DNA of 41,039 nucleotides from a virus. Below are positions 1 through 10,351 of this stretch, piece by piece (position 1 is the stretch's first letter; every line of letters begins with the position of its first letter). Location of the stretch: the IMG/VR virus record IMGVR_UViG_3300026187_000001; one strand, 5' to 3'. A program made the translations under genes and the position numbers. Below the pieces are notes generated by a model that was not told the DNA's origin, ran no database searches, and saw only the letters and a list, made by a program, of their open reading frames with translations.

Positions 1-127
1 CAGTAGATGAACTAAACTGTGACCTTCGTCGTGACGGTTCTCGCCGTAGACGTAAAGGTGCAGCTAAAGAAACTAACTTCGAACTGTCTAGTTTTACTGT
101 AGCAGATGATGCTATTACTACAACAGG
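1..127. repeat. 127-bp exact duplicate of the window end (40913..41039); circular-assembly overlap
   Basis: Read directly: cagtagatgaactaaactgtgacc...gctattactacaacagg occurs at both ends, base for base. It lies inside a continuous reading frame. Confidence 0.95.
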
Positions 128-2078
128 TGTGTGGTACAACGTAGGTGGTCAGTCAGGTCTAGAGTTTCTAGTATTTCAGAATGGCTCTACCCTTTACTTC
201 TTCAATAAGTCTGGTGCTCCTTTCTCAGCTAACATTGAAACAGCTACAGTAAACTTACTTACTTATGAAGTAGCAGGTAGTGTTGGTGCATCACAGGCTA
301 AGTGTTCATTCACTTCTCTTAAAGGTGCATTGATTGTAGTATCAGAAGCTATTGATCCTATCTACATTGAACGTGATAACGTAGCAGAAACACTTACAGT
401 TACTCAGATTGATTTCCGTGTACGTGACTTTGATTGGCAGGGTGACACTACAGAGTATGATGAATCTAAAGCAAGCCCTTCAGATGAACGTAAGTATGAT
501 ACACAGAACGCAGGGTGGGTAGCTCCTAATGGTGACTCTGCATTAACTGCCTATCAATCTGCAAACTCTAGTAAATATCCACCTCTAACACATGCTTGGT
601 ATTCAGGTAAAGATGCTACAGGTGCATTCTCTGCAAGTGAATGGGCAGAGATTTATAGCGGTAATAGTCTTACAGGCAACGGTCACTACATTCTAGACTT
701 TTTCAGTAAAGATCGTGCTACTGCATCAGGTATCTCAGGACTTACTACAGAGACTGAATCTAGTAGATTTAAATCAGTAGCCACCTTTGCAGGTCGTGCA
801 TTCTACGCAGGTCTTGACAGTACTACAAACACAGACATCATTCTGTTCAGTCAGTTGATTGATAACTTCTATCAGTTAGGTGAGTGTCTACAACAGAACG
901 ATCCTACATCAGAGTTAATCAGTGATGTTCTTGATACTGATGGCGGTACAATACGGATAGCAGGTGCTGTTGGTATCAAAGTACTTTATGTAATTGATGC
1001 TAGTTTGTATATCTTTGCAGAGAACGGTGTGTGGCGTATTGAAGGTATTGATGGTGTCTTTAGTCCTACAGCGTTTGCTATTAAAAAGATTACAGATGTA
1101 GGTATTGTTAGTCAAGGTAGTTTTGTTATTGCTGATGGAACTCCTCTGTGGTGGAGTAAGAATGGTATTCACACATTGCAATTTGATGCAACAAGTGGTC
1201 GCCCTGTAGAAAGTAACTTGACTATTTCTACTATTCAAGCTTATTGGGATCGTATTCCTAACGAGTCTAAGAATAAACTTACGTCTATCTTTGATCCTGT
1301 AAACAAACGTGCTTACTGGGCATGGCCTGATGACGGTGAAACAGTAGAGTCTAAAGTAAATAATATTCTAGTTCTTGATGTACCTCTAAAAGCATTCTAT
1401 CCTTGGTATGTTGAAGATGAAACTACAAACACAGATGCTATTATTGGTATAGAGTTCTTCTCTGGCTTTGGTGCTGCAGCGTCTACGCTTGATGTTGTAA
1501 CTAGCGCAGGGGATGACGTTATAACTTCTGCAGGAGATGATGTTGTCTCTATTCAGAACTTAGCAACTACAGGTTCACCTGCAATCATCTTGATCATACG
1601 TGATGGTGATACAAACAAAATGACTATGGGTTCCTTCACAGGAGATGACTTCTTAGATTGGGGTACTACAAACTATAGTTCTTACGCAGAAGCAGGTTAT
1701 GACTTTATGGGTGACCTACTCTTGAAGAAGACTGCACCCTACATTACAACTTACATGCGCTTAACTGAGACTGCATGGGAAGGTAATGAAACTGATGGAT
1801 ACGCCCCAGATAAACCATCCTCTATGTTAGTATCTGCATTCTGGGACTTCAAGAATACTACTTCAAGTAACCCTCAACAAGCCTATAGATTTAAATCAAT
1901 GCCTGTTGTAGATTCAGGAAACCTCTTGAACTTTGATTACCCTGAGTCAGTAATCACTACTCGAATGAAAGTACGTGGTCGTGGTCGATCAATGCGTATC
2001 AAGTTCGAAAGTGAACAAGGTAAGGACTTCGTTCTACTTGGATACTCAGTTCTTGGTGGAGTTAACCAAACACACTAA
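1..2078 (+). CDS. Tail tubular protein B (nozzle, T7 gp12-like), 3' portion. The frame is open from the window start; the true start is ATG 40822 across the circular junction, giving about 722 aa.
   Basis: The track ORF 129..2078 begins at an internal GTG, but the same frame is open back to base 3. Joined to 40822..40912 the N-terminus reads MPQSLTQRVVNTFVKGLITEAGELTFPPDASVDELNCDLRRDGSRRRRKG. The size and the position after a gp11-like gene match the T7 order. Confidence 0.75.
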   Translation, partial: VDELNCDLRRDGSRRRRKGAAKETNFELSSFTVADDAITTTGVWYNVGGQSGLEFLVFQNGSTLYFFNKSGAPFSANIETATVNLLTYEVAGSVGASQAKCSFTSLKGALIVVSEAIDPIYIERDNVAETLTVTQIDFRVRDFDWQGDTTEYDESKASPSDERKYDTQNAGWVAPNGDSALTAYQSANSSKYPPLTHAWYSGKDATGAFSASEWAEIYSGNSLTGNGHYILDFFSKDRATASGISGLTTETESSRFKSVATFAGRAFYAGLDSTTNTDIILFSQLIDNFYQLGECLQQNDPTSELISDVLDTDGGTIRIAGAVGIKVLYVIDASLYIFAENGVWRIEGIDGVFSPTAFAIKKITDVGIVSQGSFVIADGTPLWWSKNGIHTLQFDATSGRPVESNLTISTIQAYWDRIPNESKNKLTSIFDPVNKRAYWAWPDDGETVESKVNNILVLDVPLKAFYPWYVEDETTNTDAIIGIEFFSGFGAAASTLDVVTSAGDDVITSAGDDVVSIQNLATTGSPAIILIIRDGDTNKMTMGSFTGDDFLDWGTTNYSSYAEAGYDFMGDLLLKKTAPYITTYMRLTETAWEGNETDGYAPDKPSSMLVSAFWDFKNTTSSNPQQAYRFKSMPVVDSGNLLNFDYPESVITTRMKVRGRGRSMRIKFESEQGKDFVLLGYSVLGGVNQTH

Positions 2079-2091
2079 CTTAGGAGACTTC

Positions 2092-2550
2092 ATGTCTTAT
2101 AAAATACGTAACGCTAACCAAAGCGATACCTTCGATATTGTACTTCTTTATAAACAATTCTCTAAAGAAATACCTCACAAAGCTTTTTCTAAAGTAAACA
2201 CAAACAAGACAGTTGAGCTTATCTCTAATCTTATTCAGTATGAAAACGGTTTTGTACATGTAGCTACTTTTAATGATGAAGTCGTAGGTGTTCTTGCTGC
2301 ATTTTTATCAGAGTTACCAGTAAATGATTTTAAAATGTGTCAAGAGATTATATTCTTCGTAGAACCTAAACACCGAAATGGTAAAACATCTTCTAAATTA
2401 ATAGATGCTTACGTAGAGTGGTCTAAAAGTATCGGATGTAACTTTGTAAGACTTTCTTCTTTAGACCCTGTTCTTAATAGTAAAGCAGGGGTTTTGTTTA
2501 AACGTAAAGGTTTTTTAGAAACCGAAACAGCATATGTAAAGGAATTATAA
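2092..2550 (+). CDS. GNAT-family N-acetyltransferase (152 aa)
   Basis: Start refined to ATG 2092 (MSYKIRNANQSD), preceded by taggag. The track start at 1975 overlaps the nozzle gene. GNAT-like core: VHVATFNDEVVGVLAAF...IFFVEPKHRNGKTSSKLIDAYVEWSKSIGCNFVRLSS...LFKRKGF. Confidence 0.75.
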   Translation: MSYKIRNANQSDTFDIVLLYKQFSKEIPHKAFSKVNTNKTVELISNLIQYENGFVHVATFNDEVVGVLAAFLSELPVNDFKMCQEIIFFVEPKHRNGKTSSKLIDAYVEWSKSIGCNFVRLSSLDPVLNSKAGVLFKRKGFLETETAYVKEL

Positions 2551-2551
2551 A

Positions 2552-3229
2552 ATGGCTATATTTACTGCGATTGGTGCAGTCGTTGGTGCTCTTGCAGGTG
2601 CTGCCGTTGCTACGACTGCTGTAGCAGGTGCTATTGGTTTAACTACTACGGCTGCTGTTATCGGTGGTGCTGTTATTGGTGGACTTGTAGGTAGTAAAGT
2701 AGATAAGAACATTGAAGCTGCAAAACAACAACAAGCTGCTGCTGCTGCTACTGCTACTCAGATAGCAACAATTCAAGAAGAAGTTACAGATATATCTGCA
2801 GCACAAGTAGAAATACAAAAACAAACTATACAAACCCAAGCAGAACAAGATAGGTTAGCTGTACGTAGACAACGACGAAGTGCTATCCGACAAGCTCAGA
2901 TCGCAAGAGCACGTCAACAGAATATCGCACAAGCTGCAGGGGCTGCAGGATCATCTGCCGTATCTGGTGGTGCTGCGTCTATTGGTTCTAACTTGTCGGC
3001 TGCTCTTGGTTACTCTACACAACAGTCTGGTTTATCTGAACAGATTACACAAGCTAACCAAAGGACTGCAGACCTACAAGGTCAGATCAATGCGCTATAC
3101 GGTCAAGCTAACGTCCTACAAGGTCAGCAACAACTAGCTCTATCACAAGCTTCATTGTATCAGAGCCGTGCATCTAGCATTATGGGTATTGCAAGCACTG
3201 CATTCCAAGTGGGCGCAGGTATTATCTAA
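2552..3229 (+). CDS. Internal virion / ejection protein with a Gly/Ala-rich hydrophobic N-terminus and a Gln-rich coiled coil (225 aa)
   Basis: N-terminus MAIFTAIGAVVGALAGAAVATTAVAGAIGL...GGLVGS, then a Q/A-rich helical region. It sits between the nozzle and the giant virion proteins, as T7 gp13/gp14 do. Confidence 0.6.
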   Translation: MAIFTAIGAVVGALAGAAVATTAVAGAIGLTTTAAVIGGAVIGGLVGSKVDKNIEAAKQQQAAAAATATQIATIQEEVTDISAAQVEIQKQTIQTQAEQDRLAVRRQRRSAIRQAQIARARQQNIAQAAGAAGSSAVSGGAASIGSNLSAALGYSTQQSGLSEQITQANQRTADLQGQINALYGQANVLQGQQQLALSQASLYQSRASSIMGIASTAFQVGAGII

Positions 3230-3240
3230 GGGAAACCTAA

Positions 3241-6200
3241 ATGGAAAACTTAAATCTTACGTTCATTGGTGAGGACAATCATCAATTCCTTGATGAATCC
3301 CAAGAACAACAAGACACGTCTATCAAGACAGACAGAGAACAAGATGAAGTTATCCTAACCACAGGTAAGCCTCATACGGATGTTAAACTAGCCAAGCAGG
3401 ACTTCTTAGAACAGAACCGTCCTCTTGAGAGATATGCTGCAGAGCGTCTAGAATATCTAGATGCAGACCCAGTAGAGTTTCAAGAGAAGATTGAGAGCTA
3501 TCGCAAGAAAGAACAACAGTTTGTTGAGACTGATCAGTATTGGTACGAACAAGCATTGGCTCTAAAAGACTCTGAGATAAACGATACTGACACACGTATT
3601 GCAACTAACAACCGTATTGCTCAAGAAATTCTAGACACTTACATTGCACGAGAGGAGACAGGTGCTATCGATACAGTCTTAGACTTCGGGTCTATGGCCT
3701 TACGTGAGTTTGTTGTAGCACCTTACACCTTCATTCGAAAAGATGAGCTAGAAACACTTGGTAATGAAATCCTACAGAATAAAATTACCATGTCTTCTAA
3801 AGAGTTTCGTGAGTGGTTTACTGGATTCACAGCAGACTATATGAGACTAGGTCCACGTGAGGATAATGCATGGCGTTTAGGTTCTCTAATAGAGATGGAG
3901 AGAAACAACGGTTTCAGAACTTTCGGTGATAAACTTCTTACTAGAGGTTTTGCTGCACTAGATGCTGCAGGTGTCGGTAGTCTAGCAGTTAAGGGTGGTC
4001 TAAAACTAGCTACTAAAACTGCACGTCCACGTACACTTGTAGGTCGTGTAGCTGCTAATGAAGGACCAGAGGCTGCTGCAGATGTAGCAGAGGCAACACT
4101 AGCTAAACGTCTAGACCCTGAAGTTACTAATGATATTGGCCCTTCATCTTTAAACCCTCATGCTGACATTGCAAAGGTTTCTGAGTCTCGTGTAAGCCGT
4201 ATCTTGCAAGAAAATAAAATTATTCAAGATATACAAAAGTACTATAAGAACAATGCTATTGGTAAAGTTCTACCCGAAGAGACTGTTAAAAGACTTGCCT
4301 CAGAAACAGCAGCACTTATTGGTAAGAAGTTCGGAAACCCTATCTACAATGCAGATCATGTAGGTGATGATCTAGGTAACTACACTGTTACTGTACAGTT
4401 CGGACGTGCAACAGATGGTCAACCCTACAAAGCTACATCTAAAGGTAACCCATCAGTAGGTGCTAAAGAAGCTGCGAAGCGTTCAGGTGGTGAACTTATA
4501 CCTGTAGATGATGGTAAAGGTTTCGTAATTCAGTTACGTGAGAACCTAAACCTAGCTAAAGAGATCAAGGGTATTGATGACATCTTTGAAGGTGCAATGG
4601 CCCTTGAACGTGGCACTGCTCGTAACATGATCAACGATGTCTTAGGCGGTGTAGGTCGTTTTATAAGTAATGCTTCTGAGCGTGGTCTGCGTAACACAAC
4701 AGAACTAGCACAACTTGGTGAAGGTGCGGCTGCAGCTATTGGTAAGTTAGTAAAAGAAACTGCAAGACCTATTGAAGCCTTAGATAACACTGACCGTGCA
4801 GCACTGGCATTCATTACACGTGAGCTTCGAGATAACCCTAAAAAGTCTGCTAGACGTGGATGGTATAGTGTAGAAGAGTTCTCTAATCACTATGTGGAGT
4901 TCACAAAACGAGAATTTACACAAGGTGTTCAAGAAGCATACGAAGCTCTTGTAGAAATTAGCGATGCAGCGTACCTTCTACAGGCAAGTAACATTATGCA
5001 ACGGTATGTCCAGAAGGGCTACCGTGCTGTTAAATTGCCTAACGGATTCCGTGTACCTGCAAAGAATATAGGTAAAGCATCTATTCCTGAGAACGCAAGA
5101 ATCTTAGATGTTGTAGATAATCAGGTTACATACAAAGAGTTTGTAGACCCTAAGACAGATATATGGCGTTTAGATAAAACATACGAGGGTGTCGAGTACG
5201 TAATTCGTCCTAAGAATGTTGATGCGCTAGACCCATCAGATGTACTAGGTTACAATGCAGGTGGTCCTCGTACAAACCCTAACGCTCGTTGGTTTGTTGT
5301 AGCAGGTGACTACACTAAAGGTCGTCTTAAAACTTGGTTATCTGCATTTACTGAAGAAGACGCTATAAAAGCTGTTAACGAGATTAACACTATTCTCGCT
5401 AATAGAGGTAAGGCTAACATAGATGACATTGTAAAAGAGAATAACTCTTGGAATCCAGATGTACAAACCTTTGATGGCTTTGAGTTCGAAGCTAAAAGTA
5501 ATGGGTGGAGTTTAGACAACATCTCTGAGTTAAAAGTTAAAGAACGTAACGTACCTTTGTCTTCTGCAGATGGGGACGATGACGTATTTAATGGTATGGC
5601 TGCAGGTGATTTCATTGAGAATGATATGCGCCGTAGTGATAGCGTACTACCTCATTTCGGTGGTGTAAAAAATGTAAACTTCGATCCTACTGCTAATGTT
5701 GTAGCAGGTATTAATAGTGCTATCAACGAATTTAGCTACAGAGCATACACTGTTAATTCTATGGTTTCTTGGGTCAAGAGAGCTAAGAGAGTTTCAGGTA
5801 TTAAACTACCTAGCAATGTTCCTGAAAATGATTTCTACAATCAATTCATGGGTGCTCAGTTTACAGGGACAGGGGCAGAAGTAACTCGTATGAAAGAGTT
5901 ATGGACTATTGATCGTCGCCGTATGAGTGTTAAACGTGCAGACGAAATCGCCATGATTAATCTTGGTAAGGCTGTAGGTAACTTTGTGTATAAAGGTTCA
6001 CGTGAAATACAAAAATTACGAGGCAAAGAAAAACCTAAAGGAGTAGAGATCGACTTTAATGATCCTACTAATTTTATGCTTAAAGTAGGATTCTTGTCTA
6101 AGTTCGGATTCTTAAACCCTAAACAAGTAATTGTTCAAGCCCACCATACTACTTCTATTATGGCTATCTCTCCTACTCACGGTCCTCGTGGGGCAGGTTT

Positions 6201-7623
6201 AGCACTACTTATGCGTGGTATGTACATATGGCCTCAAATGGCAGAGAAGGGTTTGTCAAGGATTGCTAAACGATACAACCTTAACGAAGATCAAGTAAAA
6301 GAGATCATGGAATATGTACGTTCATCTGGACGTGCTGACTTGGATACTGAGATCGCTGAACTTAACACAGGTTATGGTCGTGGTATCTCTGGTTTTGCAG
6401 GTGAAGACTACACACCTAGTAAACTAGCTAGTACATGGGCAGCTACACGTAAGACTGCATCTAAAGGTATGGAGTTAGGTCTTCTACCTTTCCGTGAAGG
6501 TGACCGCCTAGCACGTATGACAGGTACTTATACAGCTATCCTTGAGTACATGGCGAAGAACCCAGGTGCGTCTATCCTGACTGAACAGGCTCGTAGGCAG
6601 ATTGCTCGTCGTGATCATGCTTTGAACTTTCATATGTCGTCTATCTCTAACTCACCTTGGCAGCAAGGTGTACTACGCCTACCATCACAATGGCTTTCTC
6701 ATACCATTAGATCAATGGAAATTTTATTTAATGGTAAAGAATTTACTGTAGCTGAACGTGCAAGATTGGGGGCTGTACTTGTACCTATGTATGGTGCTGC
6801 AGGTTTCGGGTTTGCTAATGCTGCAGATTACATTGCAGAGAAACTAAACATATCTACAGACCACGAGTTCTTCACATTTATGAAATGGGGTTTGATTGAT
6901 GGTTTAACTGACGTTCTTATGACAGACGAGAAAGGCCGTGTAGGTACAGGTCTAACAACAAGCCTTGCACCTATGGGTCAGGTGCGTGAAACATTACGTA
7001 TGATTCAAGAGGGTCAGTTCTTAGAAGTTTTAGGTGGTCCTTCTACTCAGATTGGTGGAGACATCATATCTTCTTTGTGGAATGCTATTATAAATCTTAC
7101 AGACGGAAATGGCACACTTATGAAAGAGGATGTTATTAAAACCTTCCGTAACATCACGACACTAGATAACGCTGCTATAGCCCTTGGTATTAAAAACAAT
7201 GGCTACTATCGTAGTAAGACAGGTGCTAGAGTTCCTGGTGAAATGTCTATTACTGAGGCTTGGATGATTGCTTTAACAGGTATTAAACCATTAAAGGTAC
7301 AAGAGTTCTACTCAGTCAAGACTAATATTTATAATGATGACAGAAAATTACGTAAAGAACGTCGAGACATTAACCGACTAGCAGATAAAGCTCATACTAT
7401 GATTAAGTCAGGTGATCCACAACAATACGAAGAAGGCTTCAAACTACTAGAAGCCTTGAAGCTACGTATTGATTTAAGTGGTGCATCAGAGATAAATAAA
7501 ATGAGTTTACGTAAATCATTGGTAACTCCACTACAAGATGAACTACCTCAACTAATTCTTAAACTACGTAAGAATGATAAGACTGCTATGGCTGAACGTC
7601 TAGCTGCAACACTAGGAAACTAA
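3241..7623 (+). CDS. Giant internal virion / DNA-ejection protein (1460 aa)
   Basis: It is the longest ORF and has a good RBS (gggaaacctaaATG). Its position corresponds to T7 gp15/gp16. I recognised no enzymatic motif. Confidence 0.65.
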   Translation: MENLNLTFIGEDNHQFLDESQEQQDTSIKTDREQDEVILTTGKPHTDVKLAKQDFLEQNRPLERYAAERLEYLDADPVEFQEKIESYRKKEQQFVETDQYWYEQALALKDSEINDTDTRIATNNRIAQEILDTYIAREETGAIDTVLDFGSMALREFVVAPYTFIRKDELETLGNEILQNKITMSSKEFREWFTGFTADYMRLGPREDNAWRLGSLIEMERNNGFRTFGDKLLTRGFAALDAAGVGSLAVKGGLKLATKTARPRTLVGRVAANEGPEAAADVAEATLAKRLDPEVTNDIGPSSLNPHADIAKVSESRVSRILQENKIIQDIQKYYKNNAIGKVLPEETVKRLASETAALIGKKFGNPIYNADHVGDDLGNYTVTVQFGRATDGQPYKATSKGNPSVGAKEAAKRSGGELIPVDDGKGFVIQLRENLNLAKEIKGIDDIFEGAMALERGTARNMINDVLGGVGRFISNASERGLRNTTELAQLGEGAAAAIGKLVKETARPIEALDNTDRAALAFITRELRDNPKKSARRGWYSVEEFSNHYVEFTKREFTQGVQEAYEALVEISDAAYLLQASNIMQRYVQKGYRAVKLPNGFRVPAKNIGKASIPENARILDVVDNQVTYKEFVDPKTDIWRLDKTYEGVEYVIRPKNVDALDPSDVLGYNAGGPRTNPNARWFVVAGDYTKGRLKTWLSAFTEEDAIKAVNEINTILANRGKANIDDIVKENNSWNPDVQTFDGFEFEAKSNGWSLDNISELKVKERNVPLSSADGDDDVFNGMAAGDFIENDMRRSDSVLPHFGGVKNVNFDPTANVVAGINSAINEFSYRAYTVNSMVSWVKRAKRVSGIKLPSNVPENDFYNQFMGAQFTGTGAEVTRMKELWTIDRRRMSVKRADEIAMINLGKAVGNFVYKGSREIQKLRGKEKPKGVEIDFNDPTNFMLKVGFLSKFGFLNPKQVIVQAHHTTSIMAISPTHGPRGAGLALLMRGMYIWPQMAEKGLSRIAKRYNLNEDQVKEIMEYVRSSGRADLDTEIAELNTGYGRGISGFAGEDYTPSKLASTWAATRKTASKGMELGLLPFREGDRLARMTGTYTAILEYMAKNPGASILTEQARRQIARRDHALNFHMSSISNSPWQQGVLRLPSQWLSHTIRSMEILFNGKEFTVAERARLGAVLVPMYGAAGFGFANAADYIAEKLNISTDHEFFTFMKWGLIDGLTDVLMTDEKGRVGTGLTTSLAPMGQVRETLRMIQEGQFLEVLGGPSTQIGGDIISSLWNAIINLTDGNGTLMKEDVIKTFRNITTLDNAAIALGIKNNGYYRSKTGARVPGEMSITEAWMIALTGIKPLKVQEFYSVKTNIYNDDRKLRKERRDINRLADKAHTMIKSGDPQQYEEGFKLLEALKLRIDLSGASEINKMSLRKSLVTPLQDELPQLILKLRKNDKTAMAERLAATLGN

Positions 7624-7624
7624 T

Positions 7625-10351
7625 ATGGCACAAGATATATTTGCACCTAAAACATCCTTCGATATAGGCTATGAACGTCCTCAACAGGGTGTAGTAGACA
7701 ACACTGAAAAGATTAAAGCAGACTTTCAAGCAATGTCTCTAGGTGCTCAAGCCAAGGCAGTGCAGGGACAGGCTGCTCTTGAACGTGCTGAAGCAGGTCT
7801 TATTCAATCTGCTATTGGTATTGCAGGGGATGCTTATACTATTAATATTAAAGGCAGGGAGAAAGGCGCAGTAGATGCTCTTTTCAATGAGATAAAAAAT
7901 ATAGAATCTCAAGACTCACAAAAGCCCATGCCTTTTGAAACAAAGAAGTCTAAGTATAATAATGCTATAATGAAAGCTGCTTCAGAGATACCAGGTGGTT
8001 ACTCAACATTAGCTAAACACAACACTGCTATCAAAGCAGCAACTGGCATGGACATTGCTAGTATAGCTAAGTCTACTGAGCAAGAGCAGTACGAACAAAT
8101 GCAACAGAACCCTGTGTTTCAGACTGCATACCTTGCTTCTAAAGTAACTCAGCCTAACCTTTCTGAAGAAGATAGATTCATATACGCTCAGAACGAAGCC
8201 GCAAAGACTGCTGCAGCAGAGCTTATGCAAACAACTGTTAAGACGGAAGACTTATCTAGGTACTATACTGATACTAAACGTACAGTAGAGCAACGACTAA
8301 CCAACTTAGATACTGCTATTGTTGCATCTATTCAGTTAAAGCGTGATACTGGTCAGCCTATCACAACACTTGATATTGAAAGTCTTGAAGTACGAGTAGC
8401 AGAGGCTCAACGTCTTGTAGATGTCTTAATCCCTAACACTGTTCCTGAAGAGGAAAGAAGTCAGGTAGATGAATACTTTACAAACCTAAATGATTTTCTT
8501 ACTCAGATGAAAGAAAGTAAAGACCCTGATAGAATTGCTACAGGTGTTGCCTCTTATCTAGCTCAGACAGGGCAGACTATGGGTGAGATTCTAGCAGGTG
8601 CTAAGATTGCTAAAGCTGAGATACTTTCATCACAAGCAGGTGTTGAAATATTTAAGGTAATCACAACTAAGTTGAGTGACGGTTCTTCTACTGCTGCTCT
8701 AGCTGTTGGTGGAGATTTAGGTTCTATTTATGACGCTCTTGTTGAAGCACGTCAGGGTGAGGTTATTGGACCTAACACTATTATGACTCAAGAAGAGTTG
8801 AACATAGTGTTTGATACCAGAAACAAGACTCCTAAAGATATGATGGATGAACGTGCTGCAGGACTAGAATTAATTAAGTCTCTAGACGTTGGTGAACTTG
8901 GCACTGATCAAGGTAAGAGACAACTAGTATCAGGTATTGCATCTGTAGTAAAGTCTCTTAATAACCTTGATATACAACAAACAGGTTCTAAGTTAAGTGA
9001 GCTAGTAATCGACTCAGGTCTTATTGATAAGATTAAGTTCTTAGATAACTACGACAAGGCTACTGCTAACCAGATTCGCACACTACTGAATAGTGTTGTA
9101 ACAAATAACCTACGTTTCTCTGAACTTAAAATAAGTTCTATTGAGACAGATGGTAAAGGGTACACAAACCGTAACCCTGGACTTGTATGGGACGAAGCAG
9201 AGCAGGTATACTACGCCACTGATAAAGAGTATATTGAACAGGTTGCTCTAGGTTTCAGTGATGCTACTGATGCATCTTTGTTCTCTAGAAACATGGTGAA
9301 TGGTCGTCTACGTCTTCCTAAAAATACTGCCCTAGCTTATCGTGATATTGCTAAAGCATATGAACACCGTGATGTTGTATCTGCAGCTAACCGTATTCTA
9401 GCTCAGACTAAGGTAGAAGAACCTGATGAAACTATGGTTGATGTAGGTGGCGTACCTGTACCAGAGCGTATGGAAGTATTAAGCTTTATTAGTTCAGGTG
9501 AAGGTGGGTATAACTCTAGTAACCGTGGCACAATAGGAAAAGAGATTATTGGTTCTGACAATGGTACAAAACGTGGTGGTACATCTCTATCAGAAATGAC
9601 ACTAGGCGAGATTAAACGCTATCAACGTATTACAGACCCTAATGATCCTAATCGTCTATTTGCTGTAGGTGCATATCAGATTACACCTGAAGCAATGGAC
9701 GCTGCAATGAAAGCTGCAGGTGTTAACGACAACACAATCTTCAGCCCTACTGTGCAGGATCGTATGGGATTAGGTTTATTGCTTGGTACTAAACGTCCTA
9801 AACTAGCTGCGTACATCAAAGGCGAGTCTGATGATATTAACACTGCTATGTTGGAGTTCGCTAAAGAGTTTGCATCAGTACCTGATCCGAATACAGGACG
9901 TAGCTACTACGCTGATAAGGGTAACAAGGCAAAGCACACTGTAGCAGAAACACGTGAGGCACTAGAACGTGCAAGAGAAGCGTATGCTTCAGGTATTATT
10001 TCAGAAGTAATACCACGTGAAGGTGAAATGTCTACTACACAAATCATGGACACTGCATCACAGGCTATTGAATCTGCTGATCGCCGTGACCGTAGTCCAC
10101 GTCCTGTCTTACGTCCTGCGGATGACACTCAAACAGAGCCTATGGCTTTGAATATGATTTCTAATGCTGATTGGTTAACACCTGACTTAGAAAAAGAAAT
10201 GAGTGATGATGGCGTTGATATTAACAATACACCGTTCTTTATGTCTGATCAAGAATTAGAAAATGCATTAGACTCAGGTGCTATCAAAGTAGGGCAAGAA
10301 GTTCTTTTACTAATTGAAGGTCGTCCTGAATTTGTAAGGGTTACTGAGTAA
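7625..10351 (+). CDS. Internal virion protein with a C-terminal lysozyme-like (peptidoglycan-degrading) domain (908 aa)
   Basis: Translationally coupled to the previous gene (taATATGg). At about nt 9470..9910 the segment SSGEGGYNSSNRG...LFAVGAYQITPEAMDAAM...LEFAKEFASVP resembles lysozyme/transglycosylase-like domains, which T7 gp16 also carries. Confidence 0.6.
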   Translation: MAQDIFAPKTSFDIGYERPQQGVVDNTEKIKADFQAMSLGAQAKAVQGQAALERAEAGLIQSAIGIAGDAYTINIKGREKGAVDALFNEIKNIESQDSQKPMPFETKKSKYNNAIMKAASEIPGGYSTLAKHNTAIKAATGMDIASIAKSTEQEQYEQMQQNPVFQTAYLASKVTQPNLSEEDRFIYAQNEAAKTAAAELMQTTVKTEDLSRYYTDTKRTVEQRLTNLDTAIVASIQLKRDTGQPITTLDIESLEVRVAEAQRLVDVLIPNTVPEEERSQVDEYFTNLNDFLTQMKESKDPDRIATGVASYLAQTGQTMGEILAGAKIAKAEILSSQAGVEIFKVITTKLSDGSSTAALAVGGDLGSIYDALVEARQGEVIGPNTIMTQEELNIVFDTRNKTPKDMMDERAAGLELIKSLDVGELGTDQGKRQLVSGIASVVKSLNNLDIQQTGSKLSELVIDSGLIDKIKFLDNYDKATANQIRTLLNSVVTNNLRFSELKISSIETDGKGYTNRNPGLVWDEAEQVYYATDKEYIEQVALGFSDATDASLFSRNMVNGRLRLPKNTALAYRDIAKAYEHRDVVSAANRILAQTKVEEPDETMVDVGGVPVPERMEVLSFISSGEGGYNSSNRGTIGKEIIGSDNGTKRGGTSLSEMTLGEIKRYQRITDPNDPNRLFAVGAYQITPEAMDAAMKAAGVNDNTIFSPTVQDRMGLGLLLGTKRPKLAAYIKGESDDINTAMLEFAKEFASVPDPNTGRSYYADKGNKAKHTVAETREALERAREAYASGIISEVIPREGEMSTTQIMDTASQAIESADRRDRSPRPVLRPADDTQTEPMALNMISNADWLTPDLEKEMSDDGVDINNTPFFMSDQELENALDSGAIKVGQEVLLLIEGRPEFVRVTE

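Noticed and set aside
1494-1550. Tandem 24-bp duplication in the nozzle gene encoding VVTSAGDD / VITSAGDD / VVS
   Set aside because: It is real but minor. It is in frame, and the copies differ by multi-step synonymous changes (AGC versus TCT for Ser), so it is an old surface-loop duplication rather than a slippage-prone or phase-variable tract.
1975-2091. N-terminal extensions given by the track for several genes: 1975 for the GNAT, 13632 for the 77-aa basic protein, 39791 for tail tubular A, 24254, 18399, 17766, 13075
   Set aside because: The extensions overlap the preceding gene. Internal ATGs with an RBS or an ATGA/TAATG overlap give compact, coupled gene boundaries.
2552-2780. GCT/GGT-rich low-complexity DNA that could be read as a microsatellite
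   Set aside because: It encodes the Ala/Gly-rich hydrophobic N-terminus and an Ala run of the 225-aa internal virion protein. There is no perfect tandem unit longer than a few codons.
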